DNA of 64,000 bases from Clostridiaceae bacterium (GTDB taxonomy: Bacteria > Bacillota > Clostridia > Acetivibrionales > DUMB01), in contig DUMB01000079.1 of assembly GCA_012840085.1 (NCBI GenBank), forward strand, positions 43,140 to 107,139, in the 5' to 3' direction. Both the position numbers and the translations under genes were made by a program. Under the pieces are notes generated by a model. It did no database searches, was not told where the DNA came from, and was given only the letters and a program-made list of their open reading frames with translations. Positions 1-9,506 of the stretch are shown one piece after another (within the stretch, counting starts at the first letter, position 1; every line of letters starts with the position of its first letter).

Positions 1-1
1 G

Positions 2-406
2 TCCAATAATATAAGCACAAATGTTGTTTTCTTTGACAATAATTATGTTAAAATTGAAGCCAACAATATATTCATGTTTCAGGAAGTATATGATGTTGTT
101 TCAAGACTGTCTTTTACGGGCAATACGGATATAAATCAATTGATTGAAAGAGATCTTCAAAACAACCTCATTCCTGAGGCAGTTATTATATTTACCTGCA
201 ATACTGATTTTAATCCGAACAGCTTTATCTTAAACAGGTATTTGCCAAAGGGAAATATAAGCTTAGTGTATATTTCACCGAGCAAACACATATCAGGTAT
301 TGCTCAAAAGGAAAAAAGCACCCTTGATTCCATGTCTGACTCTGGCATAAACTTATATAGTATAGGTACGGATGACAATATCAAAGATGTACTGGAAAAG
401 CTATGA
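2..406 (+). CDS. 5'-truncated CDS (window edge); possibly the DUF58/vWA-like partner of the downstream transglutaminase-like protein
   Basis: The frame of track ORF 74..406 stays open back to nt 2 (SNNISTNVVFFDNNYVKIEANNIF, then MFQEVYD...). Its stop overlaps the next start (ATGATGA at 403). Function is inferred only from the common MoxR/DUF58/transglutaminase gene order. Confidence 0.45.
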   Translation, partial: SNNISTNVVFFDNNYVKIEANNIFMFQEVYDVVSRLSFTGNTDINQLIERDLQNNLIPEAVIIFTCNTDFNPNSFILNRYLPKGNISLVYISPSKHISGIAQKEKSTLDSMSDSGINLYSIGTDDNIKDVLEKL

Positions 407-2931
407 TGAAAGGAAAACTCAAGAGAGGTGGTGACTGGGGAATGGGAAACATAAAACATGCCGGTGTGTACGATATTAAAAGCAGAATAATAAAAATTAC
501 AGAACACCTGGGGGACTGCATTCTTGCTGCCATATTCTGTTTAAGCATGGTTTATGCAATGACCACTTCCCTGCTGTTTGACTACTCTCCCCTGTTTTTG
601 TACCACATAATATTTGCTCTGTTAATAATATTTTCTGTAATGTTTTATAACAAAACTACAAGGCTGATTTCCTTAGGAGCAATATTTTTATTTACATTGT
701 CCCTTGCCATATATTTATATAAGACAAATGCCCTGGCAGAATTCATTGAATCAACCGGATTTTTTATGGAATGGGTCAGAAACTATACTTCCGTAGGAGC
801 ATCATTTATATCATCATACGCAATAATACTTACTATCCTGATATGTATCGCAGTTTGCCTTCCCGCATACTTTTTTATTGTTTCCAGGTTCAATTTTTTC
901 GTTGTACTGTTCGGAGGAGTATATCTCTTTGTTATTCAATGGATTGCAGACATTTTTGTGAGCTACCAGCCATTTTACATGTTCCTGTTTGTAATAATCA
1001 TTTACTATTTCAGATACATATATCAAAAAAGCTCTTCAGAAGAAACGGCTGACCGCACATCAATGCTGCTTTTTTCCATTTTCCTGTTACCTCTGTGCGT
1101 ACTGATACTTTATATTGTCATGTCCCTGCCCGTAAGTGAAAAGCCTCTTGAATGGCCATGGCTTGACAAAAAAGTAATAACAGCCATTGATTATGTAAAA
1201 AACAGATTCAGCTATCAGACCTTTGACAGATTCTCAATTGAAAATGCAGGCTTTGATGACGGTGACAGCAAGCTTGGCGGAAGTGTTAACAGCGATGGTA
1301 CTCCCGTGCTGAAAGTTAAGACTCCCCAAAGAATTTATCTGAAAGGTTCAGAAAAGGATATTTATGACGGTTCATCCTGGAAATCCAGCAGTGAAGAGAA
1401 TATGCCTCTGTCACCTTTTGCTTATGAGTCAATAGATACATCTTCTCCCTACCTGGACACATTTGAAATGGAAATAGGTCTGTTTTTGTATACCGGTGAT
1501 CCGCATGTTCTCAGCATGCACACTAAAGAAATAAGTATTGACGTCCAGTTCCTTAATTTAAGAACACCATGTATTTTTGCACCTGTCAAGATTACGGGCA
1601 TTAAAAGCAGTGGCAATAACCCTGTAGATATATTCCATAACGGAAACGGTATTTTATATACTGATGATTATATGAGTAAAGGTTTTGAATATAATATTAA
1701 AATGAGGTCCGTTGACCTGAATGATGAAGTAGTCAAAGCTCTTCTTGAAAACAGCCACAGAGGCTTTTTAAAGAAAGAATTCAGAAAGCTGCGTCAGCGC
1801 TACAGATTTTCACCCTATTCATCTTATGTCCAGAAAGCGGATATAGACAGAGCCTTAAAGAGGAACGGAAAAACATTACTTCTGATAGATGAATATATCT
1901 CAGCGCTTATGGAAAATTCCGAAAGAATATACTCCAGATATCTGCAAATTCCCGATACTCTTCCTGACAGAGTCATGCATCTTGCTTATGGGTTAACTCT
2001 AAATGCAAAAAACAGCTACGAAGCAGTAAGGTCCATTGAAAACTTTCTTTCTTCAAATTTCCGTTATACTCTTACACCGGAGCCTATGCCGGAGGACAGG
2101 GATTTTGTAGATTGGTTTCTGTTTGAATCAAGAGAAGGCTATTGTACTTACTATGCAACAGCCATGACAATTCTTACACGCTGTATAGGCATTCCCGCAA
2201 GATATGTAGAAGGATATACGCTGCCTTCGAAACAGAACAGCGATGGTACATACACAGTTACAAATGAGCAAGCCCATGCATGGGTTGAGGTTTATTTTGA
2301 AGGCTTTGGCTGGCTTCCGTTTGAGCCTACTCCCGGATATAACACATCCGTTTCTGAACAGGCAGCATCTGTTCAAGCGAATCTGGACAATGTGAATAGC
2401 AATTCTATGGTTACCATGCCGCGTGATAATGATTCCAACGTTACGGACAGCTTTTCTGAGAATCAGCCTGCAGTTACGGAAAAGCCGGAAGAAAGCCATG
2501 CAAAACTCAACAGCCTGACTATTCCACTAATTGTATTTGCTTTTCTGCTGCTTGTATTTTCCGGTACAATTACCGTCAATTATCTGAGAAGAAAAGCAAG
2601 GTTAAGAAAATTCCACAATGCTTTGCCAAGACAAAGCATTCTTCTAATGTATGGTCATATATTGGACGTTCTCTCATCTCAGGGGCTTGGCCTGCAACCG
2701 GGTGAGACACCTGTTGAATATTCCGACAGAATTGAAGGCTGTATGTCTTCAAACTCTTCTTTTAAAAGGATAACAAACATCTTTCTTACAGCCAGGTATG
2801 CAAATTCAGATGTACATGAAAATGAAAAGTCCGAAGTATACAGTTTTTACAAATGCTTCTTGATGGAAATCAAAAAAGTAATTGGCAGCAGGAAGTACTG
2901 GATATATAAAAATATACTAGGAAAGCTATAA
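403..2931 (+). CDS. Transglutaminase-like domain membrane protein
   Basis: 842-aa ORF with multiple N-terminal hydrophobic helices. Transglutaminase core motifs are present: REGYCTYYATAMT (Cys) and AHAWVEVYFEGFGWLPFEPTP (His/Asp). A late TM helix (IPLIVFAFLLLVF) and a cytoplasmic tail follow. Confidence 0.85.
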   Translation: MMKGKLKRGGDWGMGNIKHAGVYDIKSRIIKITEHLGDCILAAIFCLSMVYAMTTSLLFDYSPLFLYHIIFALLIIFSVMFYNKTTRLISLGAIFLFTLSLAIYLYKTNALAEFIESTGFFMEWVRNYTSVGASFISSYAIILTILICIAVCLPAYFFIVSRFNFFVVLFGGVYLFVIQWIADIFVSYQPFYMFLFVIIIYYFRYIYQKSSSEETADRTSMLLFSIFLLPLCVLILYIVMSLPVSEKPLEWPWLDKKVITAIDYVKNRFSYQTFDRFSIENAGFDDGDSKLGGSVNSDGTPVLKVKTPQRIYLKGSEKDIYDGSSWKSSSEENMPLSPFAYESIDTSSPYLDTFEMEIGLFLYTGDPHVLSMHTKEISIDVQFLNLRTPCIFAPVKITGIKSSGNNPVDIFHNGNGILYTDDYMSKGFEYNIKMRSVDLNDEVVKALLENSHRGFLKKEFRKLRQRYRFSPYSSYVQKADIDRALKRNGKTLLLIDEYISALMENSERIYSRYLQIPDTLPDRVMHLAYGLTLNAKNSYEAVRSIENFLSSNFRYTLTPEPMPEDRDFVDWFLFESREGYCTYYATAMTILTRCIGIPARYVEGYTLPSKQNSDGTYTVTNEQAHAWVEVYFEGFGWLPFEPTPGYNTSVSEQAASVQANLDNVNSNSMVTMPRDNDSNVTDSFSENQPAVTEKPEESHAKLNSLTIPLIVFAFLLLVFSGTITVNYLRRKARLRKFHNALPRQSILLMYGHILDVLSSQGLGLQPGETPVEYSDRIEGCMSSNSSFKRITNIFLTARYANSDVHENEKSEVYSFYKCFLMEIKKVIGSRKYWIYKNILGKL

Positions 2932-3062
2932 TAAAAATACCTTTGGAATGCTATAACAAAAAGATGCCTGGAAAGATACAAGCGTATATATCTAGAAAGA
3001 TATAAAAATTATTGCCTGTAAAGATATAATAAAATATGTTCGGAAAGATATAACATAAAAAC
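2918..3062. repeat. Six degenerate tandem units of 24-25 bp carrying a GGAAAGATATAA-like box
   Basis: GAAAG-type cores sit at 2921, 2946, 2971, 2995, 3019 and 3043. The first unit is the last codons plus stop of the transglutaminase CDS. Confidence 0.8.
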
Positions 3063-3140
3063 ACAAAAAACAACATGGCCGACATTCCAAAACAGAATGC
3101 TGTTCTGAAATGAAACAGGATACTGTTCTAAAATGTCGGC
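3056..3140 (-). terminator. Complex hairpin terminator of the ior-paaK-ACT operon
   Basis: The outer stem GCCGACATT (3078-3086) pairs with AATGTCGGC (3132-3140) and encloses two small hairpins (CAGAAtgctgTTCTG, AACAGgataCTGTT). On the minus strand it is followed by TGTTGTTTTTTGTGTTTTT. Confidence 0.5.
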
Positions 3141-3192
3141 TTAATATTAAATGTATTCGGCTTCACAATGAATGTATTTAAAATGCAAAGAA

Positions 3193-3624
3193 TTACAAAT
3201 TGTATACTTCTTCTGCTGAAAGGACTTTAATTTTCATCTCTTCAAGCAGCTTTATTGCTTTCTCAGGTTCTTCCACCCTCAATATTACAAGAGCGTGTGT
3301 AGAAGATTTCCCAACAAAAGCATACATGTATTCGATACCGACCGAGCCATTTTTCAGCACTTCAAGAGCAGATGCCAATCCACCGGGTTCATCAGGGACT
3401 GCTATTGCAATTACACTTGTGCAACTTACAGTAAACCCATTTTCAATAAGCACTTTTTCTGCTTGTTCCGGTTTGTTGACTATGAGCCTCAATACGCCAA
3501 AATCAGTAGTATCTGCAATTGAAAGTGCACTTATGTCAATATCATGGGAGCCGAGTATTTTGGTTACTTCTGCAAGCCTTCCAGACTTGTTTTCAAGAAA
3601 TACCGATATTTGTTTTACCAACAT
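3193..3624 (-). CDS. ACT domain-containing protein
   Basis: 143 aa with two ACT-like halves (ISVFLENKSGRLAEVTKIL...; ALVILRVEEPEKAIKLLEE). It lies 16 nt downstream of paaK, its usual partner in anaerobes. Confidence 0.75.
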   Translation of the reverse strand: MLVKQISVFLENKSGRLAEVTKILGSHDIDISALSIADTTDFGVLRLIVNKPEQAEKVLIENGFTVSCTSVIAIAVPDEPGGLASALEVLKNGSVGIEYMYAFVGKSSTHALVILRVEEPEKAIKLLEEMKIKVLSAEEVYNL

Positions 3625-3640
3625 AACACTTGCTCCTTTC

Positions 3641-4942
3641 TTATATTTTTCTTTTATCTATGACTCTTTTTGCCTTTCCTTCGCTTCTTTCAATAGATTT
3701 GGGCTCTACAAGCTTTACTTTTGCACTTATTCCGAGGGTGGATTCTATTTCTTTTGTTATCTTTCTTTCTACGTCTTCCAGCTTTCTAACCTGGTCAGAG
3801 AACATTTTTTGGTTCATTTCAACCCATATCTCGAGGACATCAAGTCTTCCAACCCTGTCAACTATTAACTGGTAGTGAGGTGCTATATCACTGAACTCAA
3901 GCAACACACTTTCAATCTGGGACGGGAATACATTGACTCCTCTGATAATTAACATATCATCCGTTCTGCCGGTAACTTTACTCATCCTGACAAGAGTTCT
4001 TCCGCATTCGCATTTTTCATAAGTAAGTGAGGAAATGTCCCTTGTTCTGTATCTAATGAGAGGAAGCCCTTCTTTTGTAATTGTGGTAAATACAAGTTCA
4101 CCGGTTGAACCAGGAGGCAGTACCTCTTCGGTTTCAGGATCAATGATTTCAGGTATGAAATGATCCTCCTGTATATGGAGACCGCATTTACATTGACATT
4201 CACTTGCTACGCCAGGTCCCATGACCTCGCTTAATCCATATATATCTATTGCTATTATGCCAAGCCTCTCCTCTATCTCTTTGCGCATATTCTCAGACCA
4301 GGGCTCAGCGCCGAAAACTCCGGCCTCCAATTTCAGATCGTCTTTTGATATACCCTGCGCCTCCATCTCCTCAGCCAGATAGAGTGCATATGAAGGTGTA
4401 CACGCAATTATTGTGGTTCCAAAATCTTTCATTATTTGAATTTGTCTTTTTGTGTTTCCAACTGAAACCGGTATTACTGAAGCACCAATTCTTTCAGCGC
4501 CATAATGGGTACCAAGCCCACCTGTAAAGAGGCCGTAACCATATGCTACCTGTATAAACGAATTCTTGTTGGCACCTGCATTTACAAGGGTTCTTGCCAT
4601 TATTTCCGACCATGTGTCAAGGTCCTTTTGGGTATAACCTACAACAGTCTGTTTTCCGGTCGTTCCTGATGACGCATGTATCCTGACTATTTCAGACATC
4701 GGTGCCGCAAACATTCCGTAAGGGTAATTGTCTCTCAGGTCCTGCTTATACACAAACGGAAGTTTCTTTAGATCTTCTATAGATTTTATGTCTCCTGGCT
4801 CTACTCCTTTTTGCTGCATTTTTTCTCTGTAGCTGGGAACGTTTTGGTAGACTCTCTTTACAGTTTCAATCAAACGCTTACTCTGCAAATCTGCCATCTC
4901 ATCCCTGGACATGCACTCACAAGTTGCATTCCAATACTGCAT
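3641..4942 (-). CDS. paaK: Phenylacetate--CoA ligase family protein
   Basis: 433 aa. The N-terminus [19 protein letters not shown] and the AMP-binding motif [11 protein letters not shown] are typical of the PaaK family. Confidence 0.85.
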   Translation of the reverse strand: MQYWNATCECMSRDEMADLQSKRLIETVKRVYQNVPSYREKMQQKGVEPGDIKSIEDLKKLPFVYKQDLRDNYPYGMFAAPMSEIVRIHASSGTTGKQTVVGYTQKDLDTWSEIMARTLVNAGANKNSFIQVAYGYGLFTGGLGTHYGAERIGASVIPVSVGNTKRQIQIMKDFGTTIIACTPSYALYLAEEMEAQGISKDDLKLEAGVFGAEPWSENMRKEIEERLGIIAIDIYGLSEVMGPGVASECQCKCGLHIQEDHFIPEIIDPETEEVLPPGSTGELVFTTITKEGLPLIRYRTRDISSLTYEKCECGRTLVRMSKVTGRTDDMLIIRGVNVFPSQIESVLLEFSDIAPHYQLIVDRVGRLDVLEIWVEMNQKMFSDQVRKLEDVERKITKEIESTLGISAKVKLVEPKSIERSEGKAKRVIDKRKI

Positions 4943-5204
4943 AATTATAACCTCCCTAAAATTTACTTAAATGCCTACTCATCTCCCCACGGAAATGTCT
5001 TTTAGGGATTACGGGACACCCCCCCGCCCCACACAAAAGCACACAGGCGTTTATTAATATTCTTTTTTATATATTTTAGCTTATCCATGCTTGTTAAGCC
5101 TGGATAAGCTATTTATTCCTATTTACATTTAACAATGTTGTTATTATACTTTTATTTTTTCCCAAATTATCCGCCAATTTTTCCTGTAACGGTATCTGCT
5201 GAAA

Positions 5205-5786
5205 TTATTGCGCTTGTAGCGAATAACCTTCTTCAAATGCTTTCAGGTTAACATCAAGGAACTTCGAAGGAACTGTTTCCTTTAAAGATTCCAGCCAAAC
5301 TTCCTTCTCTATTTGGGTGGATTTTGCCAGCACCCCAAGCAACACTGTATTTACTGTTTTTATATTGCCGCATTTTTTAGCAATACTAAGGGCATCAACA
5401 ACAATCGTTTTCCTGCAATTTTCCTTGATTTTTTCTATGATTTTTTCAGGATATTTTGCCTTTCCTATAATTACAGGCATAGGATCAATTTTTTGCTCGT
5501 TAACAATGAATTTACCGCCACATCTCAAATACTCTGCCCATCTCATACTTTCAAGCTGTTCAAAGGAAATTATAATGTCAGCTTCTCCTTTTTCTACCAG
5601 AGGAGAATGAATTTTATCACCAAGTCTCACGTAAGTTACAACGCTGCCGCCTCTTTGTGACATTCCATGAACTTCTGACACTTTTACATCATAATTTTTT
5701 TTCAAAGCCACAGCTCCAAGTATTCTACTGGCAAGCAGGGTACCTTGGCCGCCAACCCCCACTATCATTATATTAAGATTTTGCAC
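5205..5786 (-). CDS. iorB: Indolepyruvate:ferredoxin oxidoreductase subunit beta
   Basis: The IVGVGGQGTLLASR motif is present and the gene overlaps the iorA stop. The start is moved to GTG 5786, which has AGGTG 7 nt upstream. The track start at 5795 remains possible. Confidence 0.8.
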   Translation of the reverse strand: MQNLNIMIVGVGGQGTLLASRILGAVALKKNYDVKVSEVHGMSQRGGSVVTYVRLGDKIHSPLVEKGEADIIISFEQLESMRWAEYLRCGGKFIVNEQKIDPMPVIIGKAKYPEKIIEKIKENCRKTIVVDALSIAKKCGNIKTVNTVLLGVLAKSTQIEKEVWLESLKETVPSKFLDVNLKAFEEGYSLQAQ

Positions 5787-7530
5787 AGTCAGCACCTGCC
5801 TTTTCTATTGCATCAAATCTGCAAACTTTTGTACACAGTTCACATCCAACACACAGCGCGTCGTTTATTTCAATGCTGCTCCCCTTGTCAACTATAGCAG
5901 GACAACCTATTGTCATGCACACTTTACATTTCCTGCACTTTTCAGAGGATATCTTTAAAGGTCCTTTGAAATTTACACTTCTTTTTAAAAGTGCGCACGG
6001 TCTCTGAGCTATAATTAACGAAGGTTCGTCTGCTTCCACTTCTTCCTTCACTATTTTTTCAAATTCCTTTAGATTAAAGGGATCTGCAACTCTTACCCTG
6101 TCTATGCCAATTGCATTTGCAAGTTTTACAAGGTCCACCTGCCTGGTGGGTTCACCTTTAATAGTAAATCCGGTAGTAGGGTTTTCCTGGTGACCGGTCA
6201 TTCCTGTTATGGAATTATCCAGAACAATTATAGTAGAATTTCCCTTATTGTATACTATATCGATAAGGCCTGTAATTCCGGAATGAATAAAAGTAGAGTC
6301 ACCAATTACTGCAACTGTTTTTCTGGAAAAGTCCCTGCCTCTTGCCTTTTCCATACCGTGAGCCATGCCTATACTTGCACCCATACATACACAAGTATCC
6401 ATGGATTCATTTGGAGGAAGGGCTCCAAGGGTATAACATCCTATATCTCCATTTACCGTAAGCTTTAACTTTTTCAATACATAGAATGTTCCCCTGTGCG
6501 GGCAACCAGGACACATAACCGGAGGGCGCACAGGTATTGCCTCATTTATAGCCGCATTAATTTCAACTTTTTCACCAAGCACTTTCTCTTTGATTATATT
6601 GGCACTCAATTCTCCGATTGCCGGAAGCAATTCTTTTCCGGTAACTTCTATGCCCATCTTTTTAATCTGGTTTTCAAAAAACGGTTCGAGTTCTTCAACT
6701 ACATATAGCTTTTTAACCTTGCCGGAAAATTCCCTAATGAGTTTCTCAGGAAGTGGATATACCATGCCAAGTTTCAGGTATGAAACATCTCCGAAAGCCT
6801 CTTTTGCATATTGATAAGCAATACCACTGGTAATAACGCCGATATCTTTGCTTCCCCATTCAATCTTGTTTAATGATGTATTCTCGGCGAATTCCCTCAG
6901 ACGGGCCATCCTCTTTTCAACTTCTACATGGCGTTTGCGTGCCATTGCCGGCATCATTACGTATTTGTTGAAGTCCTTTTTATAATCTTTTAGTTTGTAA
7001 TCTTCTTTCTCTCCCAGTTCAACCAGACTCTGGGAATGGGATATTCTGGTGGAAAGCCTTAATATTACAGGACAATCAAACTCCTCACTGATTTCTAAAG
7101 CTTTTTTTACAAAGTCCTTACACTCCTGGCTGTCTGATGGCTCAAGCATCGGAACTTTAGCAGACCTTGCATAGAACCTGCTGTCCTGTTCATTCTGTGA
7201 ACTGTGCATGCCCGGATCGTCCGCCACCACTATTACAAGACCGCCGTTTACTCCGGTATATGAAACGGTAAACAGCGGATCTGCAGCAACATTTAATCCG
7301 ACGTGCTTCATTGAGCAAATGGAGCGTGCTCCGGCTATGGATGCACCTATGGCAACTTCCAAAGCAACCTTTTCATTTGGCGACCATTCAGAATAAATAT
7401 TATCGTAATTAGCTGCTATAGTTTCAGTAATCTCTGTACTTGGAGTGCCCGGATAAGCTGTAGCCACAGTGACTCCGGCTTCATAAGCTCCCCTTGCCAC
7501 TGCCTCGTTTCCTAACATAAGTTTTTTCAT
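5773..7530 (-). CDS. iorA: Indolepyruvate:ferredoxin oxidoreductase subunit alpha
   Basis: The protein has a TPP-enzyme layout (GDSTFIHSG) and two ferredoxin-type cluster motifs (CRKCKVCMTIGCP, CVGCELCTKVC). ATG 7530 is preceded by GGGGGA at 6 nt. The track start is TTG 7536. Confidence 0.88.
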   Translation of the reverse strand: MKKLMLGNEAVARGAYEAGVTVATAYPGTPSTEITETIAANYDNIYSEWSPNEKVALEVAIGASIAGARSICSMKHVGLNVAADPLFTVSYTGVNGGLVIVVADDPGMHSSQNEQDSRFYARSAKVPMLEPSDSQECKDFVKKALEISEEFDCPVILRLSTRISHSQSLVELGEKEDYKLKDYKKDFNKYVMMPAMARKRHVEVEKRMARLREFAENTSLNKIEWGSKDIGVITSGIAYQYAKEAFGDVSYLKLGMVYPLPEKLIREFSGKVKKLYVVEELEPFFENQIKKMGIEVTGKELLPAIGELSANIIKEKVLGEKVEINAAINEAIPVRPPVMCPGCPHRGTFYVLKKLKLTVNGDIGCYTLGALPPNESMDTCVCMGASIGMAHGMEKARGRDFSRKTVAVIGDSTFIHSGITGLIDIVYNKGNSTIIVLDNSITGMTGHQENPTTGFTIKGEPTRQVDLVKLANAIGIDRVRVADPFNLKEFEKIVKEEVEADEPSLIIAQRPCALLKRSVNFKGPLKISSEKCRKCKVCMTIGCPAIVDKGSSIEINDALCVGCELCTKVCRFDAIEKAGADCAKS

Positions 7531-7704
7531 TTGCAATCCCCCGATACATGATGAAATAAATATTTTATATGTTATTTAATCTGGTTCAATCTTTTGTCAG
7601 CTGATAATAAACTAAGATGTCATGCCAAATTTAATCTATTTCTTTATTGTAACACAAAAAAGCAACAGAGGTAAAGTGACAAAGGGAAAGTCTGGATTTA
7701 AAAC

Positions 7705-9204
7705 TTATATATCAGCTTCAGCCTCAACGAGTACTTTCCCATATGCCGTTTCATCGCTCTTTTTGGCTAACTTTGATGATACAAGGCTTACAACCGGAAC
7801 AACAACAAGTGAAGCAATCATGGCAAAAGCCCCTATATTAGGTGCGTACTGGGCATTCATTCCATAAATAAGTGTTCCGCCAATGGAACAACCAAAACCG
7901 GTTATAAAGCCTGCCCAGGCACCTGCTTTTGTTGTACCTTTCCAGTAAAGCCCGTAAACGAAAGGAGCTAAAAAAGCACCCGCAATGGTTCCCCATGAGA
8001 AAGACATAAGAGTTAGTATTGCATTGGGAGTAAGCGCAACAACAAGTGAAAGAGCAACAAACAGTACGCATAACACTCTCATAATAACCATTACCCATTC
8101 CTTTTTCATTTTGGGGAAAAGTGTACCTTTGAGCAAGTCAAGAGATATGGCTGAGCTTGAAACAAGTACAAGTGATGACAGTGTTGACATTGAAGCAGAA
8201 AGGACGAGTACTATTACTACAGCCATTAATGCTTCCGGTAATGACTTTTCCAGCATCATGGGAACTATCATATCAAAGTTTGCTTTCCCATTAACAACAG
8301 GAACCTGATTGTCGAGATAAATACGTCCGAAAGCTCCTACAAAATATGCTCCTCCACCTATAAGAGCCGCAAACAATGTTGAAACAACTGTTGCTTTTTT
8401 TATTGCAGTTTCGTCTTTTATAGCATAAAATTTATGAACCATCTGAGGCAATCCCCAGGTACCTAAACTGGTCAATACTATTAAAGCTAACAGATTCAAG
8501 GGCTGTCTGCTGAAAATACTGACAAGTCCCGGGCCATCGCCGGGTATTTCAGAAAGCTTCTTTATACCTTCTCCCAGTCCGCCAACAGTAGGATTTGTCA
8601 CAACAAAAATTATCATCAGAATAATCCCAATAATCATTATTATTCCCTGTATGAAATCGTTAATTGCTGTGGCAATATAACCTCCAAGGAGAAGATATAC
8701 AGCAGTAAGTACTGCCATGGCAATCATGCAATATTCAAAGGGTATTCCGAAAGCTCTTTCAAAAAGATAGCTCAACCCCTGATAAACCGATGCTGAATAA
8801 GGTACAAGGAAAACGAAAATAATTATAGCAGTTACAATTTTCATTGCTTTACTGTTGTATCTTTTTTCGAAAAACTCAGGCATTGTGGAAGCATTCAATT
8901 CGTGAGTCATTCTGCGAGTCCTTTTTGCAAGCACAAGCCAAGCAAGAAGGCTTCCTATTACAGCATTGCCAATTCCTATCCAAGTTGCAGACAATCCGAA
9001 TCCCCAACCTGATTTTCCGGCATATCCAATAAAAATAACTGCTGAAAAATAAGTAGTACCATACGCAAAAGCTGACATCCATGCTCCCATTTTTCGTCCG
9101 CCCAGGAGAAAATCCTGAACACTGGAGATTTTACGACGGCTGTATATGCCCACACCTATCATAACAGCCACAAAGAGTACAAGAAATGCATACTTGATAT
9201 ACAT
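7705..9204 (-). CDS. Sodium:solute symporter (SSF) family transporter
   Basis: 499-aa polytopic membrane protein with SSF-like N-terminal segments (LGGRKMGAWMSAFAYGTTYFSAV). The substrate cannot be determined from sequence. Confidence 0.75.
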   Translation of the reverse strand: MYIKYAFLVLFVAVMIGVGIYSRRKISSVQDFLLGGRKMGAWMSAFAYGTTYFSAVIFIGYAGKSGWGFGLSATWIGIGNAVIGSLLAWLVLAKRTRRMTHELNASTMPEFFEKRYNSKAMKIVTAIIIFVFLVPYSASVYQGLSYLFERAFGIPFEYCMIAMAVLTAVYLLLGGYIATAINDFIQGIIMIIGIILMIIFVVTNPTVGGLGEGIKKLSEIPGDGPGLVSIFSRQPLNLLALIVLTSLGTWGLPQMVHKFYAIKDETAIKKATVVSTLFAALIGGGAYFVGAFGRIYLDNQVPVVNGKANFDMIVPMMLEKSLPEALMAVVIVLVLSASMSTLSSLVLVSSSAISLDLLKGTLFPKMKKEWVMVIMRVLCVLFVALSLVVALTPNAILTLMSFSWGTIAGAFLAPFVYGLYWKGTTKAGAWAGFITGFGCSIGGTLIYGMNAQYAPNIGAFAMIASLVVVPVVSLVSSKLAKKSDETAYGKVLVEAEADI

Positions 9205-9299
9205 ACCCTACCATCCTTCCATACTAAATTTAATTTTTTTGATTTTTTTAATCGACCTTGCTTTTTTCCATGCTTCCAAACTTCAATGCTATTATTATT

Positions 9300-9328
9300 A
9301 ATATAATACGATAAAAACAATTTTGCAA
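9300..9328 (-). promoter_or_regulatory. Putative sigma-A promoter of the SSF symporter gene
   Basis: On the minus strand TTGCAA (9328-9323), a 17-nt spacer and TATATT (9305-9300) lie about 95 nt upstream of the ATG. Confidence 0.4.
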
Positions 9329-9354
9329 TATCATTAAGTCAAAAAAACAATTCG

Positions 9355-9440
9355 CAATAAAAACAGGCATGCAAATAAGCTAACATGCCAAATCCGTTTA
9401 TAAAAGGTCACTAATAACATTAAGCTTATTGCCATGCCTG
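9355..9440 (-). terminator. Long-loop hairpin terminator downstream of the beta-CASP gene
   Basis: CAGGCATGCAAATAAGC (9364-9380) pairs imperfectly with GCTTATTGCCATGCCTG (9424-9440). TTTTTATT follows on the minus strand. Confidence 0.45.
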
Positions 9441-9506
9441 TCATCCCAATTGCGAATTGAAAACTAAAGTCTGTTCATACTACGATTTTCAACTGACTGC
9501 ATGTAA

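Noticed and set aside
3200-3868. 222-aa plus-strand ORF (and 3295..3522, 3630..3875)
   Set aside because: These are shadow ORFs antisense to the well-supported ACT and paaK genes.
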